Assembly: GCA_965217115.1 (NCBI GenBank)
Contig: OZ244239.1
Coordinates: 1,088,001 to 1,152,000 of the forward strand
Length of the DNA stretch: 64,000 nucleotides
Reading direction: 5' to 3'
Source: Bdellovibrionales bacterium
Lineage (GTDB): Bacteria; Bdellovibrionota; Bdellovibrionia; Bdellovibrionales; CAYMLA01
In this document: piece by piece, positions 38,052 through 48,957 of the stretch
Numbering within the stretch: position 1 is the stretch's first letter
Layout: each line of letters starts with the position of its first letter
Notes under the pieces: generated by a model
What the model was told of the DNA's origin: nothing
What the model saw: only the letters and a program-made list of their open reading frames with translations
The model's database searches: none
Made by a program: the position numbers and the translations under genes

Positions 38052-39863
38052 CTATTGTTTTTTTCTTTTATGGGGATCTAATTCCCGACATCGTAAACGA
38101 ATGTTTTTCGGTGTCACTTCAATCAATTCTCTGTCGTTAATCCACTCCATTGCCGCCTCTAAAGTCAAAGACTTTACCCTCGCAATCTTAGCGGCTTCAT
38201 CTGTTCCTGAAGCCCGGACATTGGTTAATTTTTTTTCTCTCACAATATTGACAATCATATCATTAGGCTTGGCACTCTCACCTGCAATCATTCCCTCATA
38301 TACTTCTACACCAGGACTTATTAAAAATTTTCCGCGATCCTGTAAGTTATCAATAGCATAAATCGTCGCCTTGCCCTTTCGATCCGAAACAATCGCTCCA
38401 TTTAAGCGACTAACAATCTCTCCCTTGTGCAGGTCATAACCTGCCGACTGGGTATTTAAAAGTCCTGTCCCTCTTGTATCCGTCAAAAATTCCGATCGAT
38501 AGCCAATCAAACCACGGGCGGGAATCGAAAACTCCACCCTCGCTCGCCCCAAGCCTTTATTAATCATATTAATCATGATCCCTTTGCGTAGACCTAATTT
38601 CTCTGTCACCACACCCACGAACTCCTCACTCACATCCACCGTGACATTCTCCATAGGTTCTATTAAGTCACCTGATTCATTTTTCTTTAATAACACCTCT
38701 GGTTTACTCACAAGAAGCTCAAAGCCCTCACGCCTCATTTGCTCAAGTAACACCGAAAGCTGTAGCTCTCCACGGCCTAATAATTTCCACGCATCATTTC
38801 TCTGTGTCTCTTCCACTCGAATGGCCACATTGTACAAAAGTTCTCTCTCTAGCCTTTCTTTTATCTTACGGCTCGTCACCTTATCGCCCTCTAGTCCCGC
38901 AAAAGGCCCGTCATTAACAGAGACAATCACTCCCACCGTCGGCTCTTCCACCTTCAATCTCTCTAAAGGTTGAGGGTTTTCTTTATCCACCAAGCTATCA
39001 CCTATTGTGACCTCACTCATTCCTGCCACAACTCCAATATCTCCAGCATGAAGAGAGTCTATTTTAACTTGCCGGGAGCTTTCATAGCCAAAGAGAGCTG
39101 ACACTTTCATTGAAACCAACCCATCTTCTCGACTTATCATCACTTGATCACCCACCTTGATCGCTCCAGATTCAATACGACCAATGGCAAGGTGGCCAAC
39201 AAAATCGTTATAATCAATATTGGAGACCATCATCTGCAACGGACCCTCTAAATTCACTGAAGGACAGGGAACCTCACTGATTATTAAGTCAAAAAGGGGC
39301 TTTAAAGTTTCATCATCAGAACGTTTATTATAATCTTTCAGCGCAATACCATCACGGCCAACAGCATAGATCGTCGCGTAATCCATTTGATCATCCCTTG
39401 CCTCTAAATCAATAAAGAGGTCAAAAATTTCATTAGCCACTTCATCAATTCTCGCATCAGAACGGTCAATTTTATTAATGCACACAAGGATTTTTAAATT
39501 CTGCTCCAATGCCTTTTTTAAAACAAAGCGAGTTTGCGGCAATGGCCCCTCACTAGCATCCACCAAAAGAACACAACCATCCACCATATTAAGAATACGC
39601 TCTACCTCACCACCGAAATCACTATGGCCTGGAGTGTCCACAATATTAACCTTCACCCCCTCATAGACAAAAGAACAATTCTTCGCTGCAATCGTAATCC
39701 CCCTCTCTTTCTCCAAATCCATCGAGTCCATAAATCGCTCTTCTACAGATTGACGGGCGCCAAAGATTCCACTCTGTTTCAAAAGATGGTCTACAAGTGT
39801 TGTTTTCCCGTGATCAACGTGAGCTATAATCGCAATATTTCTAATATTCTCAGGGTTTGCCAT
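38052..39863 (-). CDS. typA: Translational GTPase TypA/BipA
   Basis: RNIAIIAHVDHGKTTLVD, DTPGHSDFGGEVER, NKID, GRGELQL, EVTPKNIRLR; ATG 39863 after GGAG. Confidence 0.97.
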   Translation of the reverse strand: MANPENIRNIAIIAHVDHGKTTLVDHLLKQSGIFGARQSVEERFMDSMDLEKERGITIAAKNCSFVYEGVKVNIVDTPGHSDFGGEVERILNMVDGCVLLVDASEGPLPQTRFVLKKALEQNLKILVCINKIDRSDARIDEVANEIFDLFIDLEARDDQMDYATIYAVGRDGIALKDYNKRSDDETLKPLFDLIISEVPCPSVNLEGPLQMMVSNIDYNDFVGHLAIGRIESGAIKVGDQVMISREDGLVSMKVSALFGYESSRQVKIDSLHAGDIGVVAGMSEVTIGDSLVDKENPQPLERLKVEEPTVGVIVSVNDGPFAGLEGDKVTSRKIKERLERELLYNVAIRVEETQRNDAWKLLGRGELQLSVLLEQMRREGFELLVSKPEVLLKKNESGDLIEPMENVTVDVSEEFVGVVTEKLGLRKGIMINMINKGLGRARVEFSIPARGLIGYRSEFLTDTRGTGLLNTQSAGYDLHKGEIVSRLNGAIVSDRKGKATIYAIDNLQDRGKFLISPGVEVYEGMIAGESAKPNDMIVNIVREKKLTNVRASGTDEAAKIARVKSLTLEAAMEWINDRELIEVTPKNIRLRCRELDPHKRKKQ

Positions 39864-39986
39864 GTTTTGCTCCAAAACTATTTTTATAGGGATTTGTCCT
39901 CTTATAGATTATATTTTATAGCTTAGTGTGCGCCTAGAGTTAAGCACAAATACACTCTCACCCATTTGTATTTGATTTTTTAGCCC

Positions 39987-41000
39987 CTAACCATGACCGC
40001 CCATAAGAAACTGGACCTCACTCTGATCCTCTCTCTTCTTCAAATGCAGGTCCGAAAAAAACTCTCGCGCCATACTCAAAACCTCTAGAGTATTTTCACT
40101 CCTAAAGAGTCTCTTCCGAAACCCTGCCGAACCAGGAAAGCCCGCCGAGTACCAAGATGCAAATTTTTTTAATTGAATTTCCATTATTCTATCGTTGTTC
40201 TCCCGCAAAAGAAGCTCGTAAAGACGCTCATAAACCTGTAAATAAGTTTTGCTTTGAGGCTTAACTCGATTCCCTTGCCACAAATCCAAACTCTCCTTAA
40301 ATATCCACGGATTCTTCAAACAGCCTCGACCTATCATTAATCCATCCACACCTGTCTCTTTCATTTTTTCCACAGCACTCTGTGCCGTTAAAATATCACC
40401 ATTCCCCAATATCGGCAGAGGACTCTTGGCTTTAACCTCAGAAATGTAATCCCAATCAGCCCTTCCCGTATAGGCAGCCGCTCTCGTTCGACCATGAATA
40501 GCCACCCACTCAATCCCTTCATCATAGGCCACCTGTACGACTTTATCCGCATTACGAGAATTCATATCCCAGCCCGTGCGAATTTTAATTGTTACAGGAA
40601 TATTCACTTGAGATTTTACTGTCCTGAGAACATCACGCAACGCCACCAAGTCTTTCAATAACGCCGATCCAGCCCCTTTTTTAACGACTTTAGGAACAGG
40701 ACAACCAAAGTTCATATCAACAAAGTCTGCCCCCTGTTCTTCAACAAACTTTGCACCGCGAGCAATCACCTCAGCTGTTTCACCAAAAAGCTGCACTCCA
40801 ATAGGCCTTTGACTCTCATCATACTCCATCAGTTTCTGAGTTTTTTTACTGCCATACTCTAGACCATTGGCTGAAACTAACTCCGTAATCACCACACTGC
40901 TATGCAACCCCCTCATAAGAGTTCGAAAAGCTCTGTCCGTTACTCCTGCCATGGGAGCCATAACAAAAGGGTTTTTTCTTAATTGTTCGAGTAGTATCAC
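39987..41000 (-). CDS. dusB: tRNA-dihydrouridine synthase
   Basis: APMAGVTD, DMNFGCP, KIRTGWD, HGRT, GNGDI, MIGRG. Confidence 0.9.
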   Translation of the reverse strand: MILLEQLRKNPFVMAPMAGVTDRAFRTLMRGLHSSVVITELVSANGLEYGSKKTQKLMEYDESQRPIGVQLFGETAEVIARGAKFVEEQGADFVDMNFGCPVPKVVKKGAGSALLKDLVALRDVLRTVKSQVNIPVTIKIRTGWDMNSRNADKVVQVAYDEGIEWVAIHGRTRAAAYTGRADWDYISEVKAKSPLPILGNGDILTAQSAVEKMKETGVDGLMIGRGCLKNPWIFKESLDLWQGNRVKPQSKTYLQVYERLYELLLRENNDRIMEIQLKKFASWYSAGFPGSAGFRKRLFRSENTLEVLSMAREFFSDLHLKKREDQSEVQFLMGGHG

Positions 41001-41358
41001 AAAAAAGATTTACCACACTTTTTAAAAACTTCAAAGACTATCTAAATCACGCCTGCGCAATTCAAATCTTTTCTCTTTGAATAATCATTCTTTAATATTA
41101 CCCGCGAGAGAGGGCAGAACAATTCTATAGCCACTCACTCAGCCTTCCTATTATCAAAAAACCCAAAATGGCTACTCCTTTCTTTTAGCAAAGAATGAGT
41201 GTTCACGGACGGTAAGAAGAACTGAAAAATGATTACTATTAAAGCAATAATGGATCTTTTCTCTTATAAAAGGCTTGAGAGAGTTTTGTAAAAAATCGCC
41301 CCCTCTTTTGCTTTTATTGGTAAAACTACTTTTTTAGATTTTTTATTTGCTAAACAAA

Positions 41359-41434
<76 letters not shown>

Positions 41435-41478
41435 ACACCAAATAAGTCATTATTTTTAGCCTCTGTTCACTAAAACTG

Positions 41479-42636
41479 TCAACACCTATCCAGCGCCTGT
41501 GCAAGGTCCAGGCGAAGGTCATCTACGTCCTCAACCCCTACGCTTAAACGAATTAAGCTGTCATCAATCCCCTGCTCAGCTCTTCTCTGAATAGGAACAC
41601 TGGCATGGGTCATAATTGCTGGATGCTCAATCAGAGACTCCACTCCTCCTAAACTTTCTGCTAACGCAAAAATTTGCACGCTCTCCAAGAACTGACGTGC
41701 CGTCTTCAAACTGCCCTTGAGATAAAAAGTAATCATTCCACCAAAGCCACTCATTTGACGACAGGCTAACTCGTATTGAGGAAAGCTCTTCAGCCCTGGG
41801 TAAATCACTCGCTCTACCTTATCATGACTCTCTAGAAAATCCGCCAACACCATTGCATTCTTTTGATGGGACTCCATCCGCAAAGCCAAGGTTTTTAAGC
41901 TACGTAAGCCCAAAAAAGAATCAAACGCATTGCCGTTTGTTCCCATGGAATTAAGCAAATAATGAATTTTCTCCCCTAACTCTTCTGAATTAACAATAAC
42001 TGCACCGCCAATAACATCACTGTGACCGTTAATATATTTAGTCGTTGAGTGAACCACGATATCAGCTCCCAACTCTAAAGGACGCTGGAAGTAAGGACTC
42101 ATAAAAGTATTGTCCACTGCAACCAAAATACCCTTTTTGTGAGCTATCTGCACAATGGCCTCAATATCAACCATCCTCAATGTCGGGTTTGTCGGCGTCT
42201 CTAGCCAAACCATCTTTGTTTTCTTTGTAATGGTCTCTTCAAAATTTTGAGGTTCACGCAAATCCACATAACTAAAATCAATTCCATTTTGGCGAATCAC
42301 TGTATCAAAAAGACGGAACGTCCCACCATACATATCGTCATTGGCAATAACATGGTCTCCATTTTTTAATAAATGCAAAACAGTTGTTGTTGCCCCACAA
42401 CCCGAAGAAAAAACAAAACCCTTTTTTCCTGACTCTAAACTTGCTAAACAGTCTTCAAAAGCCTGACGTGTAGGGTTACTCGTGCGACTGTACTCGTAAC
42501 CTCGATGAACTCCTGGAGACTCTTGAACGTACGTTGACGACATGAAAATAGGGGTCATTATAGCCCCTGTAATTTCTTCTGGTTTCTGACCTGCATGAAT
42601 TGCACGAGTGCGAAATCCTAATTTTTCATTCTTCAT
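41479..42636 (-). CDS. metB: Cystathionine gamma-synthase/gamma-lyase (PLP)
   Basis: YEYSRTSNPT, ETPTNP, VDNTF, HSTTKYINGHSDV, AESLGGVESL, IRLSVG; substrate specificity uncertain. Confidence 0.85.
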   Translation of the reverse strand: MKNEKLGFRTRAIHAGQKPEEITGAIMTPIFMSSTYVQESPGVHRGYEYSRTSNPTRQAFEDCLASLESGKKGFVFSSGCGATTTVLHLLKNGDHVIANDDMYGGTFRLFDTVIRQNGIDFSYVDLREPQNFEETITKKTKMVWLETPTNPTLRMVDIEAIVQIAHKKGILVAVDNTFMSPYFQRPLELGADIVVHSTTKYINGHSDVIGGAVIVNSEELGEKIHYLLNSMGTNGNAFDSFLGLRSLKTLALRMESHQKNAMVLADFLESHDKVERVIYPGLKSFPQYELACRQMSGFGGMITFYLKGSLKTARQFLESVQIFALAESLGGVESLIEHPAIMTHASVPIQRRAEQGIDDSLIRLSVGVEDVDDLRLDLAQALDRC

Positions 42637-42647
42637 AAATCACACCC

Positions 42648-42896
42648 TCACCCAGGAATCGCAGAAAAACATCGACCTCCAATCAGGTCTAAAACTAATT
42701 TCATTCTTTCAACACGACCATCTGGACAAGGCAAGGAATGTTTTTTCATCAATAACTGTACTTTTTTCTCATCAGGAAAATCCTTCAACAACTCACTCAC
42801 CAAGTTTTCAACACCATCCAACTTTGAGTCCACAACATTCAAATCAACATCTCTTTGAATAGTTCTCAATGAATCCACTCTTACCCCCTCGATCAA
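42648..42896 (-). CDS. Small hypothetical protein
   Basis: 82-aa ORF filling the uppP-metB gap in the same orientation. Confidence 0.5.
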   Translation of the reverse strand: MIEGVRVDSLRTIQRDVDLNVVDSKLDGVENLVSELLKDFPDEKKVQLLMKKHSLPCPDGRVERMKLVLDLIGGRCFSAIPG

Positions 42897-42993
42897 CGCC
42901 GCTCTTGATAAAATTGTATCACATTTTCACTAGACTCTTGTCCCTCCAAACTCGACTTTCTTTAAAATATTGCACCGCACACAGACCTAAGTC

Positions 42994-43803
42994 TCAAGAA
43001 AACCAAAGCGCGACAACACCCATAAACCACATGTAAAAGGCAAACACCTCCAGCCTTCCCCTTCCCACAACTCGTATAATCAACCACAAACCTAGCAATC
43101 CAGAAATATAAGAGAATATCAAACCCACAACCAAATACCCAAAGACGTCCCCCGAAAAAGACAAGTTCCTCAGCTGTAACACAGCAGCCCCTAAAATGGC
43201 TGGAATCGCCAATAAAAAGCTAAACAATGCAGCCGATTTTCCCTTTTCACCCAAAAATAATCCACCCACGATCGTCATTCCAGAACGACTCACCCCTGGA
43301 GCAATAGCCAATGCCTGTAAGACACCTATAATAAAAGCCTTTTTAAAGGAGATTCGTGGCAAAACAGAGAACTCTCCAAAACCATCAAAGTTTCTTTGAC
43401 CCAACCATCTCGTCGCAAAGAGCAGCACGCCCGTCATTATCATTAAAAGCCCCACTGCCTGCACACTGGAGAACAATCGAGTGAACTCACTCTTAAAAAG
43501 CAACCCTATAACTGCCGTTGGCACTGTTGCCACGACCACAGCAACTGATAAATGCACCCCTCCAGACAAATTCTTCCAGTTCCTGATAAGAAAAATATCT
43601 TTCAATATTTTTCCTATCACCGAACGATAGACCGTCAACACAGAGAACAAAGTTCCCACATGGACAATCACATCAAAAGTCAGGTCATGCTGTTCTACAC
43701 CCAACCATTTTTGAAAAAGGACCAAATGCCCTGAACTAGATATGGGCAAAAATTCTGCCAATCCTTGCACAATTCCCAATAAGGCCGCCGTCAATACATC
43801 CAA
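42994..43803 (-). CDS. uppP: Undecaprenyl-diphosphate phosphatase
   Basis: VQGLAEFLPISSSGHL, PGVSRSG, FSFLLAIP. Confidence 0.95.
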   Translation of the reverse strand: MDVLTAALLGIVQGLAEFLPISSSGHLVLFQKWLGVEQHDLTFDVIVHVGTLFSVLTVYRSVIGKILKDIFLIRNWKNLSGGVHLSVAVVVATVPTAVIGLLFKSEFTRLFSSVQAVGLLMIMTGVLLFATRWLGQRNFDGFGEFSVLPRISFKKAFIIGVLQALAIAPGVSRSGMTIVGGLFLGEKGKSAALFSFLLAIPAILGAAVLQLRNLSFSGDVFGYLVVGLIFSYISGLLGLWLIIRVVGRGRLEVFAFYMWFMGVVALWFS

Positions 43804-43817
43804 AACAATCTCTTTTT

Positions 43818-44336
43818 CTAAAATTCTAAAGTCGATTTATTTACTAGTTTGCCATATTTTCTATACAGAAGCTCTTGTTTTTTCTTCTTAACCAAACTCC
43901 AACAATACCCTGCCTCTCCATTAACACTCAAAACATCTCCTGTGAGAATGTTCTCTAAAGTAACCGATTTTCTCAAAGAACTCTTACAATAAATATCAAA
44001 CTCCCGAATAAGAATTTTCCTCTCACCTGGAGACAGCTTTTTAAACTCATCTCCCAAAATCAAAGATTCATAACAGGCAAGTGGAATTTTATTTCTCTTC
44101 ACCTGTAAACGGCATTTTTTAAGTGCTAAATTCCACTTCTTCCTCTTGATTATTTGTTTAGATAAAAGCTCACTGTCCCCAACGGTCAGCAAACGGTCTA
44201 TATAGAGTTTCCTCCAAGACTCTTTCTCTACAAAATAATCAGCCAACGAAACTCGACCAAGAATTATACAGCTGAGAAATAAAGGCAAAAACCAGAAAAA
44301 CGTCGGTTTTTTGACTGACTTATCAATTAGCTCCAT
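43818..44336 (-). CDS. Hypothetical membrane-anchored Cys-containing protein
   Basis: N-terminal hydrophobic segment; start overlaps stop of TadC-like gene. Confidence 0.6.
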   Translation of the reverse strand: MELIDKSVKKPTFFWFLPLFLSCIILGRVSLADYFVEKESWRKLYIDRLLTVGDSELLSKQIIKRKKWNLALKKCRLQVKRNKIPLACYESLILGDEFKKLSPGERKILIREFDIYCKSSLRKSVTLENILTGDVLSVNGEAGYCWSLVKKKKQELLYRKYGKLVNKSTLEF

Positions 44337-44761
44337 TAGACCTCCAAGAATTGTTTTAAAATTGGCCCCAATATCAACATCATAAAAGCTGGAAACTGAA
44401 AAAACAAAAGTGGCATTAACATTTTAAGCGGTAGTTTTGCTGCAAATTCATCCACCTCATCTAAGGACCTGCCAACAATCTCTTCTTCCAGCCCTTCCAA
44501 AACAGAGAGAATTGGGTAGCCCTCCAGTCCTTTCTCTAAAACCTCCAATAACTGCTTGCGATACACGTTCAATTCACAGTCTTTTCTAAAAACACCTCGT
44601 TTTCCCTGCTCATAAAGAGCCAACCATCTGCCCACTTCCTCAGAAAATGAACCAGACTCATTGTTCACAAAAAAAAGAACTCCACTCCTCAGTGACCTCT
44701 GAGAAGACAAGTATCTTTTGGAGATCAAGAGAAGATTTAAAGTTGGACTTACACCTTCCAT
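44336..44761 (-). CDS. TadC-like (T2SS F family) protein, short
   Basis: C-terminal EFAAKLPLKMLMPLLFFQFPAFMMLILGP TadC signature. Confidence 0.7.
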   Translation of the reverse strand: MEGVSPTLNLLLISKRYLSSQRSLRSGVLFFVNNESGSFSEEVGRWLALYEQGKRGVFRKDCELNVYRKQLLEVLEKGLEGYPILSVLEGLEEEIVGRSLDEVDEFAAKLPLKMLMPLLFFQFPAFMMLILGPILKQFLEV

Positions 44762-45492
44762 CGATACCCTCTTCCACCCCTATAAATCCAAAAACTTCCA
44801 CAGGAAAATAAAAACAAAGACATTCCTATTAGCCCCATGTTTTCCTCAAATCCTTGGAAAAAAATTAAAAAACACAGTAACAAGAAGTACAAAATACTCA
44901 AAACAACTGATTGCAAACGAATCTGACGCAACACTTGCTCAGATTTATGTCGGATTTTTCCCTCAATTTTAAGATTTCTTCGCAAATAAAGAAGGTTTTC
45001 CAGCTGGTGATGGGGGATTTCTCCTATTTTTTCCATCTCTAATGCCACTTTAAAAGCAAAAGAAGATCTCGAACATTGGTCTTTTTGTTGCGAAAAAACC
45101 ACAAAACACACCAAATTTTGAATTTTCTTTCTAAAAAACATGTTTTTTTCTTCATCCACAGACACCTGTAAAGATTCGTGAAAAGCCCTCCCTGATCTCA
45201 TCAATAAAACAACCCGATCCAAAAAAAACAAGAAATAATCACGAAACTCTCTCTCTCTTTTCACGCAAAGAAACTCTTTTGCGACAAACAACAATAATGA
45301 AAATAAAATACCTAAAACACCTATAAACAAAGCGTTTTTATGAAAAATAAAAACAAAAACAACAACGGCTAAAATAAAAAAAGTGCCAAATTTTGTCAGC
45401 GTTTTTCTCAACATGACTCCACTGCCATCAATAAATTGAATTGTCCGAAATACAAATAAAAATACGGCAAACAAAAGGCATAAATCTTTCAT
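44749..45492 (-). CDS. TadB-like (T2SS F family) membrane protein
   Basis: FLDRVVLLMRSGRAFHESL, QIRLQSVVLSILY, C-terminal TM pair; upstream of TadC-like gene. Confidence 0.65.
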   Translation of the reverse strand: MKDLCLLFAVFLFVFRTIQFIDGSGVMLRKTLTKFGTFFILAVVVFVFIFHKNALFIGVLGILFSLLLFVAKEFLCVKREREFRDYFLFFLDRVVLLMRSGRAFHESLQVSVDEEKNMFFRKKIQNLVCFVVFSQQKDQCSRSSFAFKVALEMEKIGEIPHHQLENLLYLRRNLKIEGKIRHKSEQVLRQIRLQSVVLSILYFLLLCFLIFFQGFEENMGLIGMSLFLFSCGSFWIYRGGRGYRWKV

Positions 45493-45533
45493 AACTAACC
45501 CTCACATCAAAAAAAAGTAAGCAATAAAAGTGC

Positions 45534-45560
45534 TAAAGATATTTTTTCTATTGACGATGA
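45534..45560 (+). promoter_or_regulatory. Sigma28 (FliA)-like promoter
   Basis: TAAA-N15-GACGATGA upstream of histone-like gene. Confidence 0.65.
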
Positions 45561-45636
45561 ATGTCATATCGAAGGAAAATTAAGTAAGTCTTCGTAGTCG
45601 ACAACTAAGAAGTAATTCATCCTAGGAGGAGAACAA

Positions 45637-45999
45637 ATGGCAAAAGCAAAAAAAAAGGTGACTAAGAGAAAAGTTACTAAAAAGAAAGCAACTAAGAGGA
45701 AAGTTACTAAAAAAAAGGTGACTAAGAAAAAAGTTACTAAAAAGAAGGTAACTAAGAGAAAAGTTACTAAAAAGAAGGCAACTAAGAAAAAAGTTACTAA
45801 AAAGAAGGTGACTAAGAAGAAAACGACTAAAAAGAAGGCCGCTAAGAAAAAAGCGACCAAAAAGAAAGCAACTAAGAGAAAGAAAGTCACTAAGAGAAAG
45901 AAAGTCACTAAGAGAAAGAAAGCGACTAAGAAAAAGAAAGTCACTAAGAGAAAGGTGACTAAAAAGAAAGCAAAAAGAAAAGTCGCTAGAAAAAAATAA
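45637..45999 (+). CDS. Histone H1/Hc2-like lysine-rich nucleoid protein
   Basis: 120 aa of ~20 (K/R)K(V/A)TK repeats, strong RBS GGAGGAG, terminator downstream. Confidence 0.85.
   Translation: MAKAKKKVTKRKVTKKKATKRKVTKKKVTKKKVTKKKVTKRKVTKKKATKKKVTKKKVTKKKTTKKKAAKKKATKKKATKRKKVTKRKKVTKRKKATKKKKVTKRKVTKKKAKRKVARKK
45652..45965 (+). repeat. 15-bp (then 18-bp) coding tandem repeats
   Basis: Recurring actaag/actaaa units with synonymous variation. Confidence 0.85.
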
Positions 46000-46020
46000 G
46001 TTCAGCTAACAAGCTAAACA

Positions 46021-46055
46021 AAAAAAGGTCCGTTTAATAAACGGACCTTTTTTTT
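46021..46055. terminator. Bidirectional intrinsic terminator
   Basis: A-run + AGGTCCGTTT aat AAACGGACCT + T-run between convergent genes. Confidence 0.9.
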
Positions 46056-46095
46056 ATTGTCTTACAAATGTAAATGATTGATTGATTCAGCTCTA

Positions 46096-46662
46096 TTAAA
46101 AATAATAAAGGAACCCTATAGAGCTGTTAGGTGATACAGACAAATTTTGAACTCCAACTATAAGATCTAGCTCAGCATAAACAGAGACTCCAGACCACTC
46201 CCCTTTCAATTGGACGTATTGCAGACCCATCGCTGAAACAATAGATGTCTGCGCTCTTGTGCTCCTCGCCACATCTTTGTCCTGTGCTTCTAAAGCACGC
46301 CAATTAGAGAGACCCAACTTCAAATAAGGCAAAAGCCACTGCCCTGGAAGTGCTTTTTTCCAAGAGACGTTAAAAGACCTGATTCCCTCTTCTCCTCCAT
46401 AACCAATAACTAAACTATTTTCCTTTGTGAAGTTAAGCTCTAGTTCTACGCCGCCTGCTCCATAACTCCCTGAAGCAACCAAGCCAACGCCCACTCTATT
46501 ATCTCTCCTCAGCATCATTGCACTAGAGTACGAACGAAAAGACGTCACAGACGAACTTTCCTCAATTGCCTTTCCTCCCTCTTCAATAAGAATAGCTCCA
46601 TAGGATGGCGATTCACGGAAAAATGATCCAAAAAGAATAAGTACTAATAAAGGAAACCTCAT
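46096..46662 (-). CDS. Putative small outer-membrane beta-barrel protein
   Basis: Signal peptide, amphipathic strands (GVELELNF, LYVKLG-like PYLKLG), C-terminal aromatic GFLYYF. Confidence 0.6.
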   Translation of the reverse strand: MRFPLLVLILFGSFFRESPSYGAILIEEGGKAIEESSSVTSFRSYSSAMMLRRDNRVGVGLVASGSYGAGGVELELNFTKENSLVIGYGGEEGIRSFNVSWKKALPGQWLLPYLKLGLSNWRALEAQDKDVARSTRAQTSIVSAMGLQYVQLKGEWSGVSVYAELDLIVGVQNLSVSPNSSIGFLYYF

Positions 46663-46886
46663 TTACTACTCCCGCTAAAGTATTTAATAAAAATATAAAG
46701 AAGCATTACAAAGAAATCCTATGCCAATAGAAAAGGCTCTCCAAGTATATTACTTTCTATGTTGCGGCGAGTTGTCTCCTGTCTTTTCAATCTCACTCAT
46801 ACAGACGCATAATCCCTTGGCCCTCTATGCAATGTCGTATAAAATAACACCTCCAAAATAATAATAAAATCACAAGATGGGGCTCA

Positions 46887-48053
46887 ATGAATATTCATGA
46901 ATATCAAGCAAAAGAGGTTTTGCGAGGTTTTGGCGTCAAAACATTAAATGGCGAACTTGCACAAACAGCAGATGAGGCTGTCAACATCGCAGATAAACTT
47001 GGGGGAACCGTCTGGGTCGTAAAAGCCCAAATCCATGCCGGAGGACGGGGAAAAGGTGGCGGAGTTAAAGTCGCCAAATCCAAAGAAGAAGTTCGCCAAT
47101 ACGCTAAACAAATTATCGGAATGAACCTTGTTACTCACCAAACGGGCCCCGAGGGAAAACTTGTTGAAAAAATCTACATCGAACAAGGTTGCGATATTGC
47201 CAAGGAGTATTATTTGGCTTGTCTCGTTGATCGAGCCACAAACCGAGTAACCATGATGGCCAGCTCAGAAGGGGGAATGGATATTGAAGAGGTGGCTGAG
47301 AAAAACCCTGAAGCCATCAAAAAAATCACCATTGATCCCGTCACTGGTCTTATTCCGTTCCAAGCAAGACAGCTCGCCTTTGCCATCGGCCTTAATGGCA
47401 AAGCCATAAATAAAACTGTCAAATTTATGCTCTGTCTCTATCAGGCCTTTATCGAAAAAGATTGCTCTATTGCTGAGATTAATCCTTTAGTTGTTACAGC
47501 TGACGAGGATGTTATTTGCCTAGATGCTAAAATGAATTTTGACTCCAATGCTCTTTACCGCCACGCCGAAATAGTCTCCTACAGAGATTTAACTGAAGAG
47601 GACCCTTCCGAAGTGGAAGCCAGTCAACATGATCTCGCTTTTATTAAACTTGATGGAAACATTGGCTGTCTCGTTAACGGAGCTGGTCTAGCCATGGCGA
47701 CAATGGATATCATAAAACTCCATGGTGACAGTCCTGCTAATTTTCTCGATGTCGGCGGTGGAGCCACAAAAGAGAAAGTCACCGAAGCTTTTAAAATCAT
47801 TCTACGTGACGAAAATGTGAAAGGAATTCTTGTTAATATTTTTGGTGGTATCATGAAATGCGATATCATTGCAGAAGGAGTTATTGCCGCATCCAAAGAA
47901 CTCGGACTTAGCGTTCCTCTCGTTGTTCGCCTTGCAGGGACAAATGTTGATCTCGGTAAAAAACTTCTTGCCGAAAGTGATCTTGATATTTTACCTGCCG
48001 ATGACTTAACAGATGCTGCACAGAAAATCACAGCAGCCATAAAGGGAGTTTAG
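46887..48053 (+). CDS. sucC: Succinyl-CoA synthetase beta subunit
   Basis: [48 protein letters not shown]. Confidence 0.98.
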   Translation: MNIHEYQAKEVLRGFGVKTLNGELAQTADEAVNIADKLGGTVWVVKAQIHAGGRGKGGGVKVAKSKEEVRQYAKQIIGMNLVTHQTGPEGKLVEKIYIEQGCDIAKEYYLACLVDRATNRVTMMASSEGGMDIEEVAEKNPEAIKKITIDPVTGLIPFQARQLAFAIGLNGKAINKTVKFMLCLYQAFIEKDCSIAEINPLVVTADEDVICLDAKMNFDSNALYRHAEIVSYRDLTEEDPSEVEASQHDLAFIKLDGNIGCLVNGAGLAMATMDIIKLHGDSPANFLDVGGGATKEKVTEAFKIILRDENVKGILVNIFGGIMKCDIIAEGVIAASKELGLSVPLVVRLAGTNVDLGKKLLAESDLDILPADDLTDAAQKITAAIKGV

Positions 48054-48054
48054 C

Positions 48055-48921
48055 ATGTCTATTCTTATTGATCGAAATACAAAAGTTATTTGCCAAGGAT
48101 TTACTGGGTCCCAAGGAACTTTTCATTCAGAACAATCCATCGCCTATGGAACGCAAATGGTTGGCGGTGTGACTCCAGGAAAGGGAGGAAGCTCTCACAT
48201 TGGACTTCCCGTGTTTAACACCGTCGCAGAGGCCAAAGAACGTACCCATTGTAATGCCTCTGTTATTTTTGTCCCCCCTCCTTTTGCCGCCGATGCTATT
48301 ATGGAGGCTGTCGATGCTGAACTAGACCTTGTCATTTGTATCACCGAAGGTATCCCTGTTCTTGATATGATCAAAGTTAGACGCTATATGGATAATAAAA
48401 AGACTCGGCTTATCGGGCCAAATTGTCCTGGTGTTATCACACCAGATCAATGCAAAATCGGTATTATGCCAGGACATATTCATAAGGCCGGTCCTATCGG
48501 TGTTCTCTCTCGCTCTGGAACTCTAACCTACGAAGCCGTGGGACAACTCACAGCTCTTGATTTAGGACAGAGTACCTGTGTCGGAATCGGTGGTGATCCT
48601 GTCAACGGCACTAATTTCATTGATATGCTGGAACTATATAATGCTGATCCCGACACAAAAGGCCTCATCATGATCGGAGAGATCGGTGGAACCGCTGAAG
48701 AGGAAGCTGCCGAGTATATTAAAAAAGAATTTAAAAAACCTGTCACCGCTTTCATAGCAGGTGCAACGGCTCCTCCAGGAAAACGCATGGGTCATGCTGG
48801 AGCTATCATCAGCGGCGGAAAAGGAACTGCTGAAGCAAAATTTGAAGCCCTAAAAAGTGCTGGTTGCCAAATTGCTCGCAGCCCAGCTGATTTAGGAATT
48901 ACGTTAAAAAATTCCCTCTAA
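48055..48921 (+). CDS. sucD: Succinyl-CoA synthetase alpha subunit
   Basis: [27 protein letters not shown]. Confidence 0.98.
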   Translation: MSILIDRNTKVICQGFTGSQGTFHSEQSIAYGTQMVGGVTPGKGGSSHIGLPVFNTVAEAKERTHCNASVIFVPPPFAADAIMEAVDAELDLVICITEGIPVLDMIKVRRYMDNKKTRLIGPNCPGVITPDQCKIGIMPGHIHKAGPIGVLSRSGTLTYEAVGQLTALDLGQSTCVGIGGDPVNGTNFIDMLELYNADPDTKGLIMIGEIGGTAEEEAAEYIKKEFKKPVTAFIAGATAPPGKRMGHAGAIISGGKGTAEAKFEALKSAGCQIARSPADLGITLKNSL

Positions 48922-48957
48922 ATTTCTTTGATATTTTCTTTTATATAAGGTTAAAAA

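Noticed and set aside
45564..45944. 126-aa hydrophobic F/L/V-repeat ORF on the minus strand
   Set aside because: Antisense shadow of the Lys-rich gene, which has the promoter, RBS and terminator
46711..46727. Minus-strand TTGGCATAGGATTTCTT as a sigma54 promoter for the beta-barrel gene
   Set aside because: Good -24 box, but the -12 GC is missing
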